From: Alphaproteobacteria bacterium
GTDB lineage: Bacteria > Pseudomonadota > Alphaproteobacteria > Rhodobacterales > Rhodobacteraceae
Direction: 5' to 3'
DNA: 64,000 nt
NCBI GenBank assembly: GCA_016869835.1
Contig: VGDH01000002.1
Span: 4,265 to 68,264, forward strand
Below, piece by piece: positions 37,571-48,627 of this stretch. The translations under genes were made by a program, and so were the position numbers. The notes below the pieces were generated by a model. That model made no database searches. It had not been told where the DNA came from and saw nothing but the letters and a program-made list of their open reading frames with translations. Every line of letters begins with the position of its first letter. The stretch's first letter is position 1.

Positions 37571-38194
37571 ATGCGGCGGTGGAAGATTTTGGCGGCGGTT
37601 GCGCTTATGGGGCTGGGCTTTGCGGGCGCTGCCAGCGCCAAGACGGAAAAGGCAATCGTCGCGGGCGGCTGTTTTTGGTGCGTTGAGTCGGATTTTGAGC
37701 CGGTGCCGGGCGTTCTGGATGTCGTGTCGGGCTATACGGGCGGCCAGATGGAGAACCCGACCTACGAGAACCACGACGGCCATTACGAGGCGGTCGAGAT
37801 CACCTTTGATTCTGCAAAGATCAGCTATGACAATCTGATGGCCAAATTCCTGCGCTCGGTCGATGTGACCGATTCGGGGGGGCAGTTTTGTGACCGGGGC
37901 AGCGCCTATCGCACTGCCGTCTTTCCCCTGAACGCTGCGCAGGAAAGCGCCGCGAAAGCGGCGATTGCCGAGGCCGAGGCGGTCTTAGGCACAAAGGTTG
38001 TCACGCCGGTCTTGCCCGCAGGCAAGTTCTGGATCGCCGAGGCCTATCATCAGGATTACTACAAGGGCATTAACCTGGTGCTGACCCGCGCCGGGCCGAA
38101 AAAGCAGTCGAACGCCTACAAGTTCTATCGCAAGGCCTGCGGCCGCGATGCCCGCGTGCGCGAGCTTTGGGGCGATCAGGCCTTTCCGAAGTAA
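37571..38194 (+). CDS. msrA: Peptide-methionine (S)-S-oxide reductase, secreted/periplasmic form
   Basis: 207 aa from ATG 37571 (RBS AAAGGAG). Signal peptide MRRWKILAAVALMGLGFAGAASA, active site GGCFWC. Confidence 0.9.
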   Translation: MRRWKILAAVALMGLGFAGAASAKTEKAIVAGGCFWCVESDFEPVPGVLDVVSGYTGGQMENPTYENHDGHYEAVEITFDSAKISYDNLMAKFLRSVDVTDSGGQFCDRGSAYRTAVFPLNAAQESAAKAAIAEAEAVLGTKVVTPVLPAGKFWIAEAYHQDYYKGINLVLTRAGPKKQSNAYKFYRKACGRDARVRELWGDQAFPK

Positions 38195-38233
38195 CGGGCC
38201 CAGGGCGGGCGCGCTGCCCGCCTCAACCTGATG

Positions 38234-40489
38234 TCAGCCAACCTTGCAGGCGGCCATTACGGCCATATTCAGGATATCGTTCACCGTGGAATTGGTAGAG
38301 CAGATCTGAATGGGCTTGGTCACCCCGGTCAGGATCGGGCCGATAACCGTTGCACCCGCCATTTCCTGCATCAGCTTGACCGAGATCGAGGCCGAGTGTC
38401 GCGCCGGGACCACCAGAATATTGGCGGGCGAGGTCAGGCGGCAGAACGGATATTGGGCCATGACCTCGGGGTTCAGCGCCACATCGACGGTCATTTCGCC
38501 TTCATATTCGAAGTCGACTTTCAGCCCATCCAGAACCTTGGGCGCGACATGCATCTTGGTGGCGCGCTCGGACACCGGATAGCCGAAGGTCGAGAAGGAA
38601 ACGAAAGCCACCCGCGGCTCAAGCCCCAGATTGCGCGCCACAGACGCCGCCTTGATGGCGATGGTGGCCAGATCCTTTTCATCGGGCCATTCATGGACCA
38701 GCGTGTCAGCGATCAACACGATGCGGCCCTTGTTCAGCAGGGCCGTGACACCCACAGCCCCATCTGACGCCTTGGCGTCAAAGACGTGGTTGATCAGGCT
38801 GAGAACGTGGGCCGATTTGCGGGTGGCCCCGGTGATCAGCCCGTCGCCGTGCCCATGCTGCAGCATCAGCGCCGAAAACACATGCCGGTCTCGCGCAGCA
38901 AGGCGATGCACATCATGGCGGTCGAACCCGTTGCGTTGCAGTCTTTGGTAGAGAAAATCCTTGTACTGACCGAGGTGGCGCGAGTTGGCGGCGTTCACGA
39001 TCTCCAACTCGCGCATGGCGTCGCCAAGCCCAGCGATTTCCAGTTTCTCTTTGACATCAGCATCGCGCCCCACCACCAAGGCGCGCCCCAGGCCGGCGCG
39101 CTGATAGGCGACGGCGGCGCGCAGGACGCGCGGATCATCGCCCTCGGCAAAGATCATCCGGGCCTGGGCCTGACGGGCGCGGGCATGAATCCCCTGCAAG
39201 ATGCTCGCCGTCGGGTCCATGCGGGCCTTGAGGGTTTGCTCATAGGACTTGAGGTCAACGATCGGGCGGCGCGCCACCCCGGTATCCATACCCGCCTTGG
39301 CCACCGCAGGCGGCACAACATAGATCAACCGGGGGTCAAACGGCGTGGGAATGATGTAGTCACGCCCGAAAGACAGCTTGCGGCCATAGGCCATGGCCAC
39401 CTCATCCGGTACATCTTCGCGCGCAAGGGCAGCCAAAGCGCGAGCGCAGGCGATCTTCATGTCGTCGTTGATCGCCCGGGCGTGGATGTCAAGCGCGCCT
39501 CGGAAGAGATAGGGAAAGCCCAGAACGTTGTTGACTTGATTGGGATAGTCACTGCGCCCGGTGGCCACGATGGCATCTGCGCGGACAGCGTGGGCCTCTT
39601 CAGGGGTGATTTCCGGATCAGGGTTTGCCATGGCGAAGATCACCGGATTGTCCGCCATTGAGGCGACCATCTCGGCCGTCACCGCGCCCTTGACCGATAC
39701 GCCAAGAAACACGTCTGCCCCCACCATCGCCTCTTCCAGCGTCCGATGACCGGTGCGGGCGGCGTGGGCAGATTTCCACTGGTTCATGCCCTCGGTGCGA
39801 CCCTGATAGATCACACCCTTCGTGTCGCACATGATACAGCTGTCATGCCGCGCACCCATGGCCTTGAGAAGCTCCAGGCAGGCGATGCCCGCCGCCCCAG
39901 CCCCGTTAAGAACGATCTTGCAGTCTTCAATTCTCTTGCCCGAGATTTCCAGCGCATTGATCAGCCCCGCCGCACAGATCACCGCCGTGCCGTGCTGGTC
40001 ATCATGGAACACCGGAATGTCCATGATTTCTTTCAACCGCTGTTCAATGATAAAACACTCCGGCGCCTTGATGTCTTCAAGGTTTATGCCGCCAAAGGTG
40101 GGGCCCATCAGAGAAACCACCTTTATGATTTCATCGGCGTCTTCGGTATCAAGCTCGATATCGATGGCGTTGACATCGGCAAAGCGCTTGAACAGCACCG
40201 CCTTGCCCTCCATCACCGGCTTTGACGCCAGGGCGCCAAGGTTGCCCATCCCCAGAATGGCCGTGCCGTTCGAGATCACGGCAACCATGTTTCCCTTGAC
40301 CGTGTAATCATAGGCAGTGGCCGGATTGTCGGCGATGGCCTGCACCGGAACGGCGACACCAGGGGAATAGGCTAGGGACAGGTCGCGCTGCGTGGCCATG
40401 GGCGTCGAGGCGACCACGTCATATTTGCCGGGGCGCGGTTCAAGGTGATATGCAAGAGCCTCTTCGGGGGTGATCTTGGTCTTTGTCAT
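38234..40489 (-). CDS. maeB: NADP-dependent malic enzyme (malic enzyme + phosphotransacetylase-like domain)
   Basis: 751 aa from ATG 40489. The N-terminal half is malic-enzyme-like (FHDDQHGTA, GAGAAG). The C-terminal 330 aa are PTA-like. Confidence 0.93.
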   Translation of the reverse strand: MTKTKITPEEALAYHLEPRPGKYDVVASTPMATQRDLSLAYSPGVAVPVQAIADNPATAYDYTVKGNMVAVISNGTAILGMGNLGALASKPVMEGKAVLFKRFADVNAIDIELDTEDADEIIKVVSLMGPTFGGINLEDIKAPECFIIEQRLKEIMDIPVFHDDQHGTAVICAAGLINALEISGKRIEDCKIVLNGAGAAGIACLELLKAMGARHDSCIMCDTKGVIYQGRTEGMNQWKSAHAARTGHRTLEEAMVGADVFLGVSVKGAVTAEMVASMADNPVIFAMANPDPEITPEEAHAVRADAIVATGRSDYPNQVNNVLGFPYLFRGALDIHARAINDDMKIACARALAALAREDVPDEVAMAYGRKLSFGRDYIIPTPFDPRLIYVVPPAVAKAGMDTGVARRPIVDLKSYEQTLKARMDPTASILQGIHARARQAQARMIFAEGDDPRVLRAAVAYQRAGLGRALVVGRDADVKEKLEIAGLGDAMRELEIVNAANSRHLGQYKDFLYQRLQRNGFDRHDVHRLAARDRHVFSALMLQHGHGDGLITGATRKSAHVLSLINHVFDAKASDGAVGVTALLNKGRIVLIADTLVHEWPDEKDLATIAIKAASVARNLGLEPRVAFVSFSTFGYPVSERATKMHVAPKVLDGLKVDFEYEGEMTVDVALNPEVMAQYPFCRLTSPANILVVPARHSASISVKLMQEMAGATVIGPILTGVTKPIQICSTNSTVNDILNMAVMAACKVG

Positions 40490-40617
40490 CAGGGGGCCAT
40501 CCTTTTGCACATTCAAGGCTCTTAGCGCCCGGCGGACCATCTGCATAGACGGCGCATTCGGGCTTTTCGCCACAGGTGGGCTTTTGTAGGGTCAGGGCGA
40601 GCCAAGGGGGGAACACC

Positions 40618-43269
40618 GTGAGCGACGAGACCGTCACACCGATGATGGCGCAGTATCTGGAGATCAAGGCGCAGAATCCCGGTGCGCTGTTGTTCTACCG
40701 GATGGGCGATTTCTACGAGATGTTCTTTGACGATGCGGTGGCCGCCGCCGAGTCGCTGGACATCGCGCTGACCAAGCGTGGTTTTCATCTGGGCGAGCCG
40801 ATTGCGATGTGCGGCGTGCCCGTGCATGCGGCCGAGGGCTATCTTCTGTCGCTGATCCGTAAGGGATTTCGCGTGGCAATCGCCGAGCAGTTGGAGGACC
40901 CCGTTGAAGCCAAGAGGCGCGGGTCGAAATCCGTGGTCCGGCGCGATGTGGTGCGGCTGGTCACGCCCGGCACGTTGACCGAGGATTCGCTTCTGGAAGC
41001 GCGGCGGCACAATTTCCTGGCCGCCTGGGCCGAGGTGCGGGATGAGGCGGCGCTGGCCTGGGCCGATATATCGACCGGTGAGCTGAGGGTCATGGTCTGC
41101 CCGCAGGTCCGGCTGGCGCCAGAACTGGCGCGGCTGGCCCCGCGCGAGGTTCTGGTCAGCGAGGCGCGGGAGCGTGAGCTTTATGCGGTGATTGAAGAGG
41201 CCGGCGCTGCGATGACCGCGCTGGCGCGTGGCAGTCTGGATTCGACATCCGCCGAAAAACGGCTCTGCGGGCTGTTCGGTGTCGGCTCTCTGGATGCCTT
41301 TGGCAGTTTTGGCCGGGCCGAGATCTCGGCGATGGGGGCGCTGGTTGACTATCTGGATCTGACTCAGCGCGGCAAGCTGCCCTTGCTGCGCCCACCGCTA
41401 AAAGAGGCCGCGGGCGGGCTGATGCAGATAGATGCAGCGACGCGCCGAAATCTGGAGATCACACAGGCGCTGTCGGGGGGGCGGGAAGGGTCGCTTCTGG
41501 CGGCCGTTGACCGGACGGTCACGGCGGCGGGGGCGCGGCTGTTGGAGCGGCGGCTGTCGGGACCGTCGCGGGATCTGGCCGTGATCGGTGCCCGGCTGGA
41601 GGCGGTTCGGTTTCTGAAAGATCGGCCAGGCCTGCGGGAGGGCTTGCGCGACACGCTGCGACGGGTGCCGGACATGGACCGCGCGCTGTCACGCCTAGCC
41701 CTGGACCGGGGCGGGCCGCGCGACTTGACCGCCATTCGGGCTGGACTTGCCGGAGCGCTGAGGGTGTCGGAAATGCTCCTCGTCGGCGTACCGCCGCTCT
41801 TCGCCGAGGCAGGGCGGGCACTGGTGGGGCATGAGACGCTGAGCGGGCTTTTGGAAGAGGCTCTGGTGGCGGAGCCGCCTCTTATGGCGCGGGATGGGGG
41901 GTTTGTCGCCAGCGGTTTTGATGAGGAGCTGGATGACACCCGGCGGCTGCGCGATGAGGGGCGCGGTGTGGTTGCCGGAATGCAGGCCGATTACGTTGCG
42001 GCAACCGGAATTCAGAGCCTGAAGATCAAGCACAACAATGTGCTGGGCTATTTCATCGAAACCACGGCGACCCATGCCGAAAAGATGCTGGCGCCACCGT
42101 TGAATGAAACCTTCATTCACCGTCAGACCACAGCCAATCAGGTGCGGTTCACCACCCTGCCGCTGAGCGAGATCGAGACGCGGATCCTGAATGCCGGGAA
42201 CCATGCGATCGAGATTGAGAAGCGGCACTATGAAGCGTTTAGGGCCGCTGTTCTGGCGCAGTCAGGCGCGATCGGTGGGGCGGCCCGCGCGTTTGCCGAA
42301 ATTGATCTGGCCGCCAGTTTTGCCGATCTTGCTGCCGCAGAGGATTGGGTCGAGCCCGAGGTCGACTCTGGCCACGCCTTTGAGGTGAGGGAGGGACGCC
42401 ATCCCGTCGTGGAGCGCGCCTTGCGTCGTCAGGGCGCGGGGCGCTTTGTGGCAAATGACTGTGATCTGACCGAAGGTCAGACCCCAGCGATCTGGCTGTT
42501 GACTGGTCCTAACATGGCGGGGAAGTCCACCTTTCTGCGGCAGAATGCGCTGATTGCGCTTTTGGCGCAGGCGGGAAGCTTTGTTCCGGCACGAAAGGCG
42601 CATCTGGGCGTCGTGAGCCAGCTTTTCAGCCGGGTTGGGGCCAGCGACGATCTGGCGCGGGGGCGATCGACCTTCATGGTCGAGATGGTCGAGACGGCGG
42701 CGATCCTTAATCAGGCAGATGACCGGGCGCTGGTCATTCTGGACGAGATCGGGCGGGGCACGGCCACCTATGACGGTTTGTCTATTGCATGGGCGACGCT
42801 GGAGCATCTGCACGGCGCCAACCGCTGCCGGGCGCTTTTTGCCACGCATTACCACGAGATGACCAACCTCGCCGGCAAGCTGGAAGGGGTGGAGAATGCC
42901 ACGGTCGCGGTCAAGGAATGGGAAGGCGATCTGATTTTCCTGCACGAGGTGCGCAAGGGCACGGCGGATCGCAGCTATGGGGTGCAGGTTGCGCGGCTGG
43001 CGGGGCTGCCGCCGGCGGTGATCGAACGGGCACGGACGGTTCTCGAGGCGCTTGAGGCGGGTGAGCGTGAGGGGGGCGGGCGGCAGAAGGCGCTGATCGA
43101 CGATCTGCCGCTGTTCCGGGCAGTGGCGGCAAGCGCGCCACCGAGGCCAGCTAAGCGGGAGTCGGAAGTAGAGCGGCGCCTGAAGGCGGTTCATCCCGAC
43201 GAATTGACGCCGAAAGAGGCGCTTTCCCTGATCTATGAGCTTGCCGAGATTGCCAAGGCGGCGCCCTGA
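40618..43269 (+). CDS. mutS: DNA mismatch repair protein MutS
   Basis: [11 protein letters not shown]...[16 protein letters not shown]-terminus, Walker [14 protein letters not shown], no internal stops. GTG 40618 is preferred because of the AAGGGGGGA RBS; GTG 40576 is the alternative. Confidence 0.95.
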   Translation: MSDETVTPMMAQYLEIKAQNPGALLFYRMGDFYEMFFDDAVAAAESLDIALTKRGFHLGEPIAMCGVPVHAAEGYLLSLIRKGFRVAIAEQLEDPVEAKRRGSKSVVRRDVVRLVTPGTLTEDSLLEARRHNFLAAWAEVRDEAALAWADISTGELRVMVCPQVRLAPELARLAPREVLVSEARERELYAVIEEAGAAMTALARGSLDSTSAEKRLCGLFGVGSLDAFGSFGRAEISAMGALVDYLDLTQRGKLPLLRPPLKEAAGGLMQIDAATRRNLEITQALSGGREGSLLAAVDRTVTAAGARLLERRLSGPSRDLAVIGARLEAVRFLKDRPGLREGLRDTLRRVPDMDRALSRLALDRGGPRDLTAIRAGLAGALRVSEMLLVGVPPLFAEAGRALVGHETLSGLLEEALVAEPPLMARDGGFVASGFDEELDDTRRLRDEGRGVVAGMQADYVAATGIQSLKIKHNNVLGYFIETTATHAEKMLAPPLNETFIHRQTTANQVRFTTLPLSEIETRILNAGNHAIEIEKRHYEAFRAAVLAQSGAIGGAARAFAEIDLAASFADLAAAEDWVEPEVDSGHAFEVREGRHPVVERALRRQGAGRFVANDCDLTEGQTPAIWLLTGPNMAGKSTFLRQNALIALLAQAGSFVPARKAHLGVVSQLFSRVGASDDLARGRSTFMVEMVETAAILNQADDRALVILDEIGRGTATYDGLSIAWATLEHLHGANRCRALFATHYHEMTNLAGKLEGVENATVAVKEWEGDLIFLHEVRKGTADRSYGVQVARLAGLPPAVIERARTVLEALEAGEREGGGRQKALIDDLPLFRAVAASAPPRPAKRESEVERRLKAVHPDELTPKEALSLIYELAEIAKAAP

Positions 43270-43290
43270 CGGCGCGACCCCAGCCTCGAC

Positions 43291-43839
43291 CTAACCCGCA
43301 GTGTTGGACGAGACACCAACCTGTGCAGGGCGCAGAAGCCTGTCGTGCAGGAGAAAACCGACCGACATCACCTGAATGATCTGTCCGGCCTTGGTTCCGG
43401 GCAGCGGAGCCTCGAACATGGCCTCATGTTGTTGGGGGTCGAAGCTGTCGCCGATGGCGGGTTCGATGGCGGACACACCATGTTTCGTCATGACATTGGT
43501 TAATTCGCGCAGTGTCAACTCGACCCCTTCGATCAGGGGCGCTGCCTGACTGCGGGTTTCGTCGCTGGCGGCATCGAGCGCGCGCTTCAGGTTGTCGAAA
43601 ACTGGCAAAAGATCGCGCACCAGGCGGGTGCCGCCATACTGCTCGGCCTCGCGGCGGTCGCGCTCGGCGCGCTTGCGGGAGTTTTCGGCATCGGCAAGGG
43701 CGCGCATGAAGCGATCACGAAGCTCATCACGTTCAGCCCGCAAGGCGTCAAGCTCATCCGCCGCGATGAACTCTTCGTTCTCAACCTCGATAGGATCGGC
43801 TGTTTCGGTGTCTTTCGGGGGCAAATTGTCTTGCGCCAT
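43291..43839 (-). CDS. grpE: Nucleotide exchange factor GrpE
   Basis: 182 aa, acidic N-terminus, coiled-coil (RALADAENSRKRAERD) and C-terminal beta domain (FDPQQHEAM). Confidence 0.93.
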   Translation of the reverse strand: MAQDNLPPKDTETADPIEVENEEFIAADELDALRAERDELRDRFMRALADAENSRKRAERDRREAEQYGGTRLVRDLLPVFDNLKRALDAASDETRSQAAPLIEGVELTLRELTNVMTKHGVSAIEPAIGDSFDPQQHEAMFEAPLPGTKAGQIIQVMSVGFLLHDRLLRPAQVGVSSNTAG

Positions 43840-43869
43840 GGTCTGCTTCCTTCCTTGTCCTGCTTTCGG

Positions 43870-44940
43870 CTAGCCCCTGCCGCGTTCGGAGAGGAGCTTG
43901 CCCACCAGCTGCGCCGTGTAATCCACGATGGGAACGATCCGGCCATAGTTCAGCCGGGTCGGTCCGATCACGCCAACGGCGCCGATGATGTGTCGATCAG
44001 CGTTCATATAAGGAGAGACGACCAGAGAGGAACCCGAAAGTGAAAAAAGCTTGTTCTCAGAGCCAATAAAAATGCGCACGCCTTCGCCGCCCTCGGTCAG
44101 GTCAAGGAATTGGGCGATGTCGCGCTTGCGTTCAAGATCATCGAACAGGCGGCGGATGCGCTCGATGTCATGAGCTTCGTTGGCGTCACCGAGCAGATTT
44201 GAGCGGCCTCGCACGATCAACCGTTCAGGCTGATCGTCCTGAAGCTCCCAGACTGCAAGACCGCTGTCGACAAGCTCACGGGCCAGCGAATCGATTTCCT
44301 GCCGACGATGCGTGATTTCCTGGGCGATGCTACTGCGAAGTTCAGCAAGCGTCTTGCCTTCGACTAGGGCATTGAGGAAATTCGCCGCCTCGCGCATCGA
44401 TGAGGGTGTCTGTCCTAAGGGGGGGACGATCATCCGGTTCTCGACATGACCATTGGCGAAGACCAGAACCACGATTGCCCGGTCAGGCGCCAGGCTGACA
44501 AATTCGATGTGCTTGATGGCAGCATCCTGTTTGGGCGAAAGGACCAAGCTGGCACTGTTGGTGATCGCCGAGAGCGTGGTGCTGACATGGTCAAGCAGGG
44601 TTGCCACGTCCTTTTCGCCGGTTGCCAGAGCAGCATCCATGATCTGCCGGTCCTCGGAGGCCACTGAACCCACCTCGAGAAGACTGTCGACAAAAAGGCG
44701 GAGACCCTGCTGGGTTGGGACGCGTCCGGCTGAGACATGCGGGCTGTCGAGCAGGCCCAGATGTTCGAGATCCTGCATGACATTGCGCACAGTGGCCGCC
44801 GAAAGCCGTTCGGTCATGCTGCGCGTCAGGGTTCGAGACCCGATCGGTCCGCCGGAGGAGAGATAGCTTTCAACCACTCGCCGAAAGACTTCTCGTGAGC
44901 GGTCATTGAGTTCGGAAAGAAGGTTTTCGCTTTCCATCAT
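43870..44940 (-). CDS. hrcA: Heat-inducible transcription repressor HrcA
   Basis: 356 aa, N-terminal winged-helix [28 protein letters not shown]. Upstream of grpE as usual. Confidence 0.92.
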   Translation of the reverse strand: MMESENLLSELNDRSREVFRRVVESYLSSGGPIGSRTLTRSMTERLSAATVRNVMQDLEHLGLLDSPHVSAGRVPTQQGLRLFVDSLLEVGSVASEDRQIMDAALATGEKDVATLLDHVSTTLSAITNSASLVLSPKQDAAIKHIEFVSLAPDRAIVVLVFANGHVENRMIVPPLGQTPSSMREAANFLNALVEGKTLAELRSSIAQEITHRRQEIDSLARELVDSGLAVWELQDDQPERLIVRGRSNLLGDANEAHDIERIRRLFDDLERKRDIAQFLDLTEGGEGVRIFIGSENKLFSLSGSSLVVSPYMNADRHIIGAVGVIGPTRLNYGRIVPIVDYTAQLVGKLLSERGRG

Positions 44941-45039
44941 GGCACAATGATTATGGAAGCGCCGCGGCCATCGTCAATGAGGGTTGCATCACAAGATCGC
45001 TCGGGACTATCAGGCAGAAGAGATGTAAGGAGAATGAAG

Positions 45040-45756
45040 ATGCGTCCCTCGGGCCGAAAGCTGGAAGATTTGCGCGCCATCGCGATCGAGATCAATCCGA
45101 TGAAGCATGCCGAGGGCTCTTGTCTGATCAAGATGGGCGAAACCCATGTGTTGTGTTCTGCCTCGATAGAGGAAAAGACGCCGCCCTTCTTGAAGAATAC
45201 CGGCCTTGGCTGGGTAACCGCCGAGTACGGAATGCTGCCAAGGGCAACAAACTCGCGCACGAAGCGCGAGGCTGCGGCGGGCAAACAATCTGGAAGAACA
45301 CAAGAAATTCAAAGGCTTATTGGTAGGTCGCTTCGCGCCTGTGTTGATCGCGCGGCCTTGGGTGAGTGGCAGATCGTGATTGACTGTGATGTGCTGCAGG
45401 CTGATGGGGGAACGCGTTGTGCCTCGATCACCGGCGGGTGGGTGGCCTTGCGCCTGGCCGTGGATCGGCTTTTGAAATCCGGCGCCATTACAAGCGACCC
45501 CTTGATGGATCATGTCTCTGCGGTGTCATGCGGGATCTATGCCGGGCAGCCAGTCCTGGATCTGGATTACGCAGAGGATTCCAACGCAGGAACCGACGGG
45601 AATTTTGTCCTGACCGGCCGCGGGAGACTGGTTGAGGTGCAGATGTCGGCCGAGGGGGTCAGTTTCTCGGAGAGTGACATGCTTTCAATGCTTGAGCTTG
45701 CGAAAGCGGGTTGCGCGCAGCTGGTGGCCGCACAGAAGGCGGCGCTTGGGCGATGA
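45040..45756 (+). CDS. rph: Ribonuclease PH
   Basis: 238 aa from ATG 45040 (AAGGAG 7 nt upstream). Motifs [34 protein letters not shown]. Confidence 0.95.
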   Translation: MRPSGRKLEDLRAIAIEINPMKHAEGSCLIKMGETHVLCSASIEEKTPPFLKNTGLGWVTAEYGMLPRATNSRTKREAAAGKQSGRTQEIQRLIGRSLRACVDRAALGEWQIVIDCDVLQADGGTRCASITGGWVALRLAVDRLLKSGAITSDPLMDHVSAVSCGIYAGQPVLDLDYAEDSNAGTDGNFVLTGRGRLVEVQMSAEGVSFSESDMLSMLELAKAGCAQLVAAQKAALGR

Positions 45757-46367
45757 GGCGGCGGCAGTTTCAAGGGGGCGACCTCGTGCTTGCAACGCAC
45801 AATCGGGGCAAGGCGGAGGAGCTTGTGGCCTTGCTAGATCCATTCGGGGTTTCCGTATTCTCGGCGGCCGACTTTGGCCTCGATGCCCCGGAGGAAACCG
45901 AGACCAGCTTTGTCGGCAATGCCCGCCTTAAGGCGCACCATGTTGCGAAGGCGACAAACCGGCCAGCGCTTGCAGACGATTCGGGCGTGGAGATTGATGT
46001 TCTGAATGGTGCGCCTGGAATCTACACGGCGGACTGGGCAGAAGGGCCGGGTGGGCGCGATTTTCTGCGCGCCATGCAGAAGGCGTGGGAAATGATCTGC
46101 GCGACCGGCGCGAAACCGCCCTATCTGGGCCGGTTTCGATGCGCGCTGGTTCTTGCGTGGCCCGATGGACATGAAGAAGTGTTCGAAGGCAAGGCTGAGG
46201 GCCAGCTGGTCTGGCCTTTGCGCGGGAAGCTTGGCCATGGCTATGACCCGATGTTTCAGCCATTGGGTTACGATCTGACATTTGCAGAAATGTCGTCGTC
46301 CCAGAAGAATGCGCTAAGCCATCGTGCCGCAGCCTTCCGCGAGCTTACCGCGGAATGTTTCACGTGA
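45753..46367 (+). CDS. rdgB: Non-canonical purine NTP pyrophosphatase (RdgB/HAM1)
   Basis: 204 aa. ATG overlaps the rph stop (ATGA). Motifs [37 protein letters not shown]. Confidence 0.9.
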   Translation: MRRRQFQGGDLVLATHNRGKAEELVALLDPFGVSVFSAADFGLDAPEETETSFVGNARLKAHHVAKATNRPALADDSGVEIDVLNGAPGIYTADWAEGPGGRDFLRAMQKAWEMICATGAKPPYLGRFRCALVLAWPDGHEEVFEGKAEGQLVWPLRGKLGHGYDPMFQPLGYDLTFAEMSSSQKNALSHRAAAFRELTAECFT

Positions 46368-46371
46368 AACA
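46356..46371. promoter_or_regulatory. parS centromere-like site (perfect 16-bp palindrome)
   Basis: TGTTTCACGTGAAACA, part of an 18-bp palindrome at 46355-46372. It contains the rdgB TGA stop codon (46365-46367). Confidence 0.8.
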
Positions 46372-46506
46372 TTGGTTGGCACCATGTGGCGTTTGCGGAG
46401 ATCTGCCGGGGGGCGATCAAACACGCGGCGGCACCAAGCCGGTTTCGCGCCCTGGCAAGCCCGGCTGGCCAATGGATGAGCGGCCGCCGAAGTCTGGGGT
46501 TGGCAG

Positions 46507-47694
46507 GTGAGAGAGCAAGAGCCGACAAGCATCACGGGCTATGAATGGCAGGCCGGTGGTTTCGGGCTTTACTTGCATTGGCCCTTTTGCGAATCGAAGT
46601 GCCCCTATTGTGATTTCAACAGCCATGTCGCCAATAAGGTCGATCAAAGCACCTGGCTCCGGGCATACCAGTCCGAGATCCGTCGCGCCGCCAATGAAAC
46701 CAGTGATCGCATCTTGCAATCCATCTATTTCGGAGGCGGCACGCCATCATTGATGGATAACGAGATCGTGGCGGCAATCATCGAGGAGGTCCGCACAAAC
46801 TGGCAGACCGTAAATGATCTTGAGGTTACGCTTGAAGCCAATCCAGGGTCGGTTGAGGCGAGCAGGTTTGAGGGATATCGCCGCGCCGGCGTCAACCGCG
46901 TTTCGCTTGGCGTTCAGGCGCTTAATGACAGCGCCCTAAGGTCATTGGGCCGCCTTCATTCAAAGGAACAGGCGCTTAGGGCTCTCGAGATCGCGAAGAA
47001 CACCTTCGATCGCGTCAGCTTTGATCTGATCTATGCAAGACAATTCCAGTCACTGGCCGAATGGACAATAGAACTTCGCGAGGCCCTGTCGCTCGCCTCT
47101 GATCACCTTTCGCTTTATCAACTAACCATCGAGGACGGCACGGTGTTCGCGTCGCGGGCAGCAAGGGGCGGTCTAGCTGGGCTTCCTGACGAAGATCTCG
47201 CCGCCGACATGTATGAGGCAACGCAAGACCTGTGTGGTGAAGCAGGCCTGGCGGCCTATGAGGTCTCGAACCATGCGCGCCCTGGAGCCGAGTCGCGCCA
47301 CAACCTGATCTACTGGCGCGGCGGCGACTATGTTGGCATAGGCCCCGGCGCCCACGGCAGGCTGACGACAACCGACGGCCGCCACGCGATTGAATACCAC
47401 AGGGACCCGAAGCTCTGGCTCCGCGCCGCGCTAACTGCCACTGGCGGCGAAAGCAGCCGTCAGCGGCTTGTCCCTGAGGAACTGGGGCTTGAATACCTCT
47501 TGATGTCGCTTCGAACCAGTGAAGGGCTAGATCTCGCCCGCCACGCAAGGATGTCCGGCCAAGCATTGAAAGAAGACCGTATTGTAGCCCTAGAAGGGTT
47601 GGGCCTTGTCTCTCGGAGCGATGGGCGCCTCAAGACAACAGCAGCCGGGAGGCTTGTATTGAATGGCGTCCTCAAGCAGCTCGCGGCGGATTAA
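46507..47694 (+). CDS. hemW: Radical SAM heme chaperone HemW (HemN-like)
   Basis: 395 aa from GTG 46507. CxxxCxxC motif HWPFCESKCPYCDF and the following GGGTPS. Confidence 0.88.
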   Translation: MREQEPTSITGYEWQAGGFGLYLHWPFCESKCPYCDFNSHVANKVDQSTWLRAYQSEIRRAANETSDRILQSIYFGGGTPSLMDNEIVAAIIEEVRTNWQTVNDLEVTLEANPGSVEASRFEGYRRAGVNRVSLGVQALNDSALRSLGRLHSKEQALRALEIAKNTFDRVSFDLIYARQFQSLAEWTIELREALSLASDHLSLYQLTIEDGTVFASRAARGGLAGLPDEDLAADMYEATQDLCGEAGLAAYEVSNHARPGAESRHNLIYWRGGDYVGIGPGAHGRLTTTDGRHAIEYHRDPKLWLRAALTATGGESSRQRLVPEELGLEYLLMSLRTSEGLDLARHARMSGQALKEDRIVALEGLGLVSRSDGRLKTTAAGRLVLNGVLKQLAAD

Positions 47695-47712
47695 GGCCCC
47701 GGTTGGGCGGTT

Positions 47713-48627
47713 TCAGATCTTGCGAATGCTTTCGTCAAGCGCCGCTGCAGACAGGGCGCCACACAAGAGGTCAAGTTGATCAAGGTTCTGATATGTTACT
47801 GTCAACCGCCCCCCACCAGACGCATCGTGGTCAATCCTGACGCCCATGCGCAATCCGGCCGAAAGGTCTGATTCAAGCGCCCTTGTATCCGCATCCTTCT
47901 CGCCGCGGGCCGCAACCCTTTTGGGCCGCAACCCAACCGTCGCCGATTTGCGCACAAGGTCTTCTGTTTCCCGGACCGACAAACCTTTCCCGACCACCTT
48001 CAGCGCAATCTCAAGCGGGTTCGGCAAGGTAATCAGGGCGCGCGCATGGCCAGCAGAAAGGCCGCCATTGGCCACCATCGACTGAACCTCTTCCGGCAAA
48101 GACAAAAGCCGCAAAAGATTGGCAATATGGCTGCGGCTCCGCGACAGGGCTTCAGCAACTTTCTCCTGAGTATGCCCAAAACGATCCATCAGCTGACGAT
48201 AGGCAAGCGCCTCCTCGATTGGGTTCAACTCGGCTCGCTGGATGTTCTCGATGATCGCAATCTCAAGAACCTCAGAATCCGAAAAGTCTCGAAGAATGGC
48301 GGGCACCGCATGCATCTGGGCCAACTGCGCGGCGCGCCAGCGGCGCTCACCAGCAACGATTTCGAACTTGCCCGGACCGGTGGTAGGGCGAAGGATCAGG
48401 GGTTGGATGATCCCTTTGCGACGAATCGAGTCCGCCAGCTCTTTCAGCGCCGCCGGGTCAAAGTGCCTGCGGGGCTGATTAGGGTTCGGCGAAATATCCT
48501 CAACGGGCACCATCAGATGTGGCCGCCTTGCCTTTTCGGCGTCTTGTCCCTCAGGGGTAAGGTTTATGTCGGCCATAAGGGCCGAAAGACCACGCCCAAG
48601 ACCGCGCCGATCAGCTTTCTTTTCCAT
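47713..48627 (-). CDS. parB: Chromosome partitioning protein ParB
   Basis: 304 aa, ParB-box motifs (GIIQPLILRP, GERRWRAA, IIENIQRAELNPIEEA) and an HTH region. Confidence 0.95.
   Translation of the reverse strand: MEKKADRRGLGRGLSALMADINLTPEGQDAEKARRPHLMVPVEDISPNPNQPRRHFDPAALKELADSIRRKGIIQPLILRPTTGPGKFEIVAGERRWRAAQLAQMHAVPAILRDFSDSEVLEIAIIENIQRAELNPIEEALAYRQLMDRFGHTQEKVAEALSRSRSHIANLLRLLSLPEEVQSMVANGGLSAGHARALITLPNPLEIALKVVGKGLSVRETEDLVRKSATVGLRPKRVAARGEKDADTRALESDLSAGLRMGVRIDHDASGGGRLTVTYQNLDQLDLLCGALSAAALDESIRKI

Noticed and set aside
44941-45039. Looked for a CIRCE operator (TTAGCACTC-N9-GAGTGCTAA) upstream of hrcA
   Set aside because: No match seen in the hrcA/rph divergent gap. In alphaproteobacteria CIRCE is usually at groESL instead.
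46314-46535. 73-aa minus-strand ORF containing VSRETF, reminiscent of RsmG N-termini
   Set aside because: The VSRET peptide is simply the translation of the parS palindrome GTTTCACGTGAAAC. The real rsmG is at 49440..50084.
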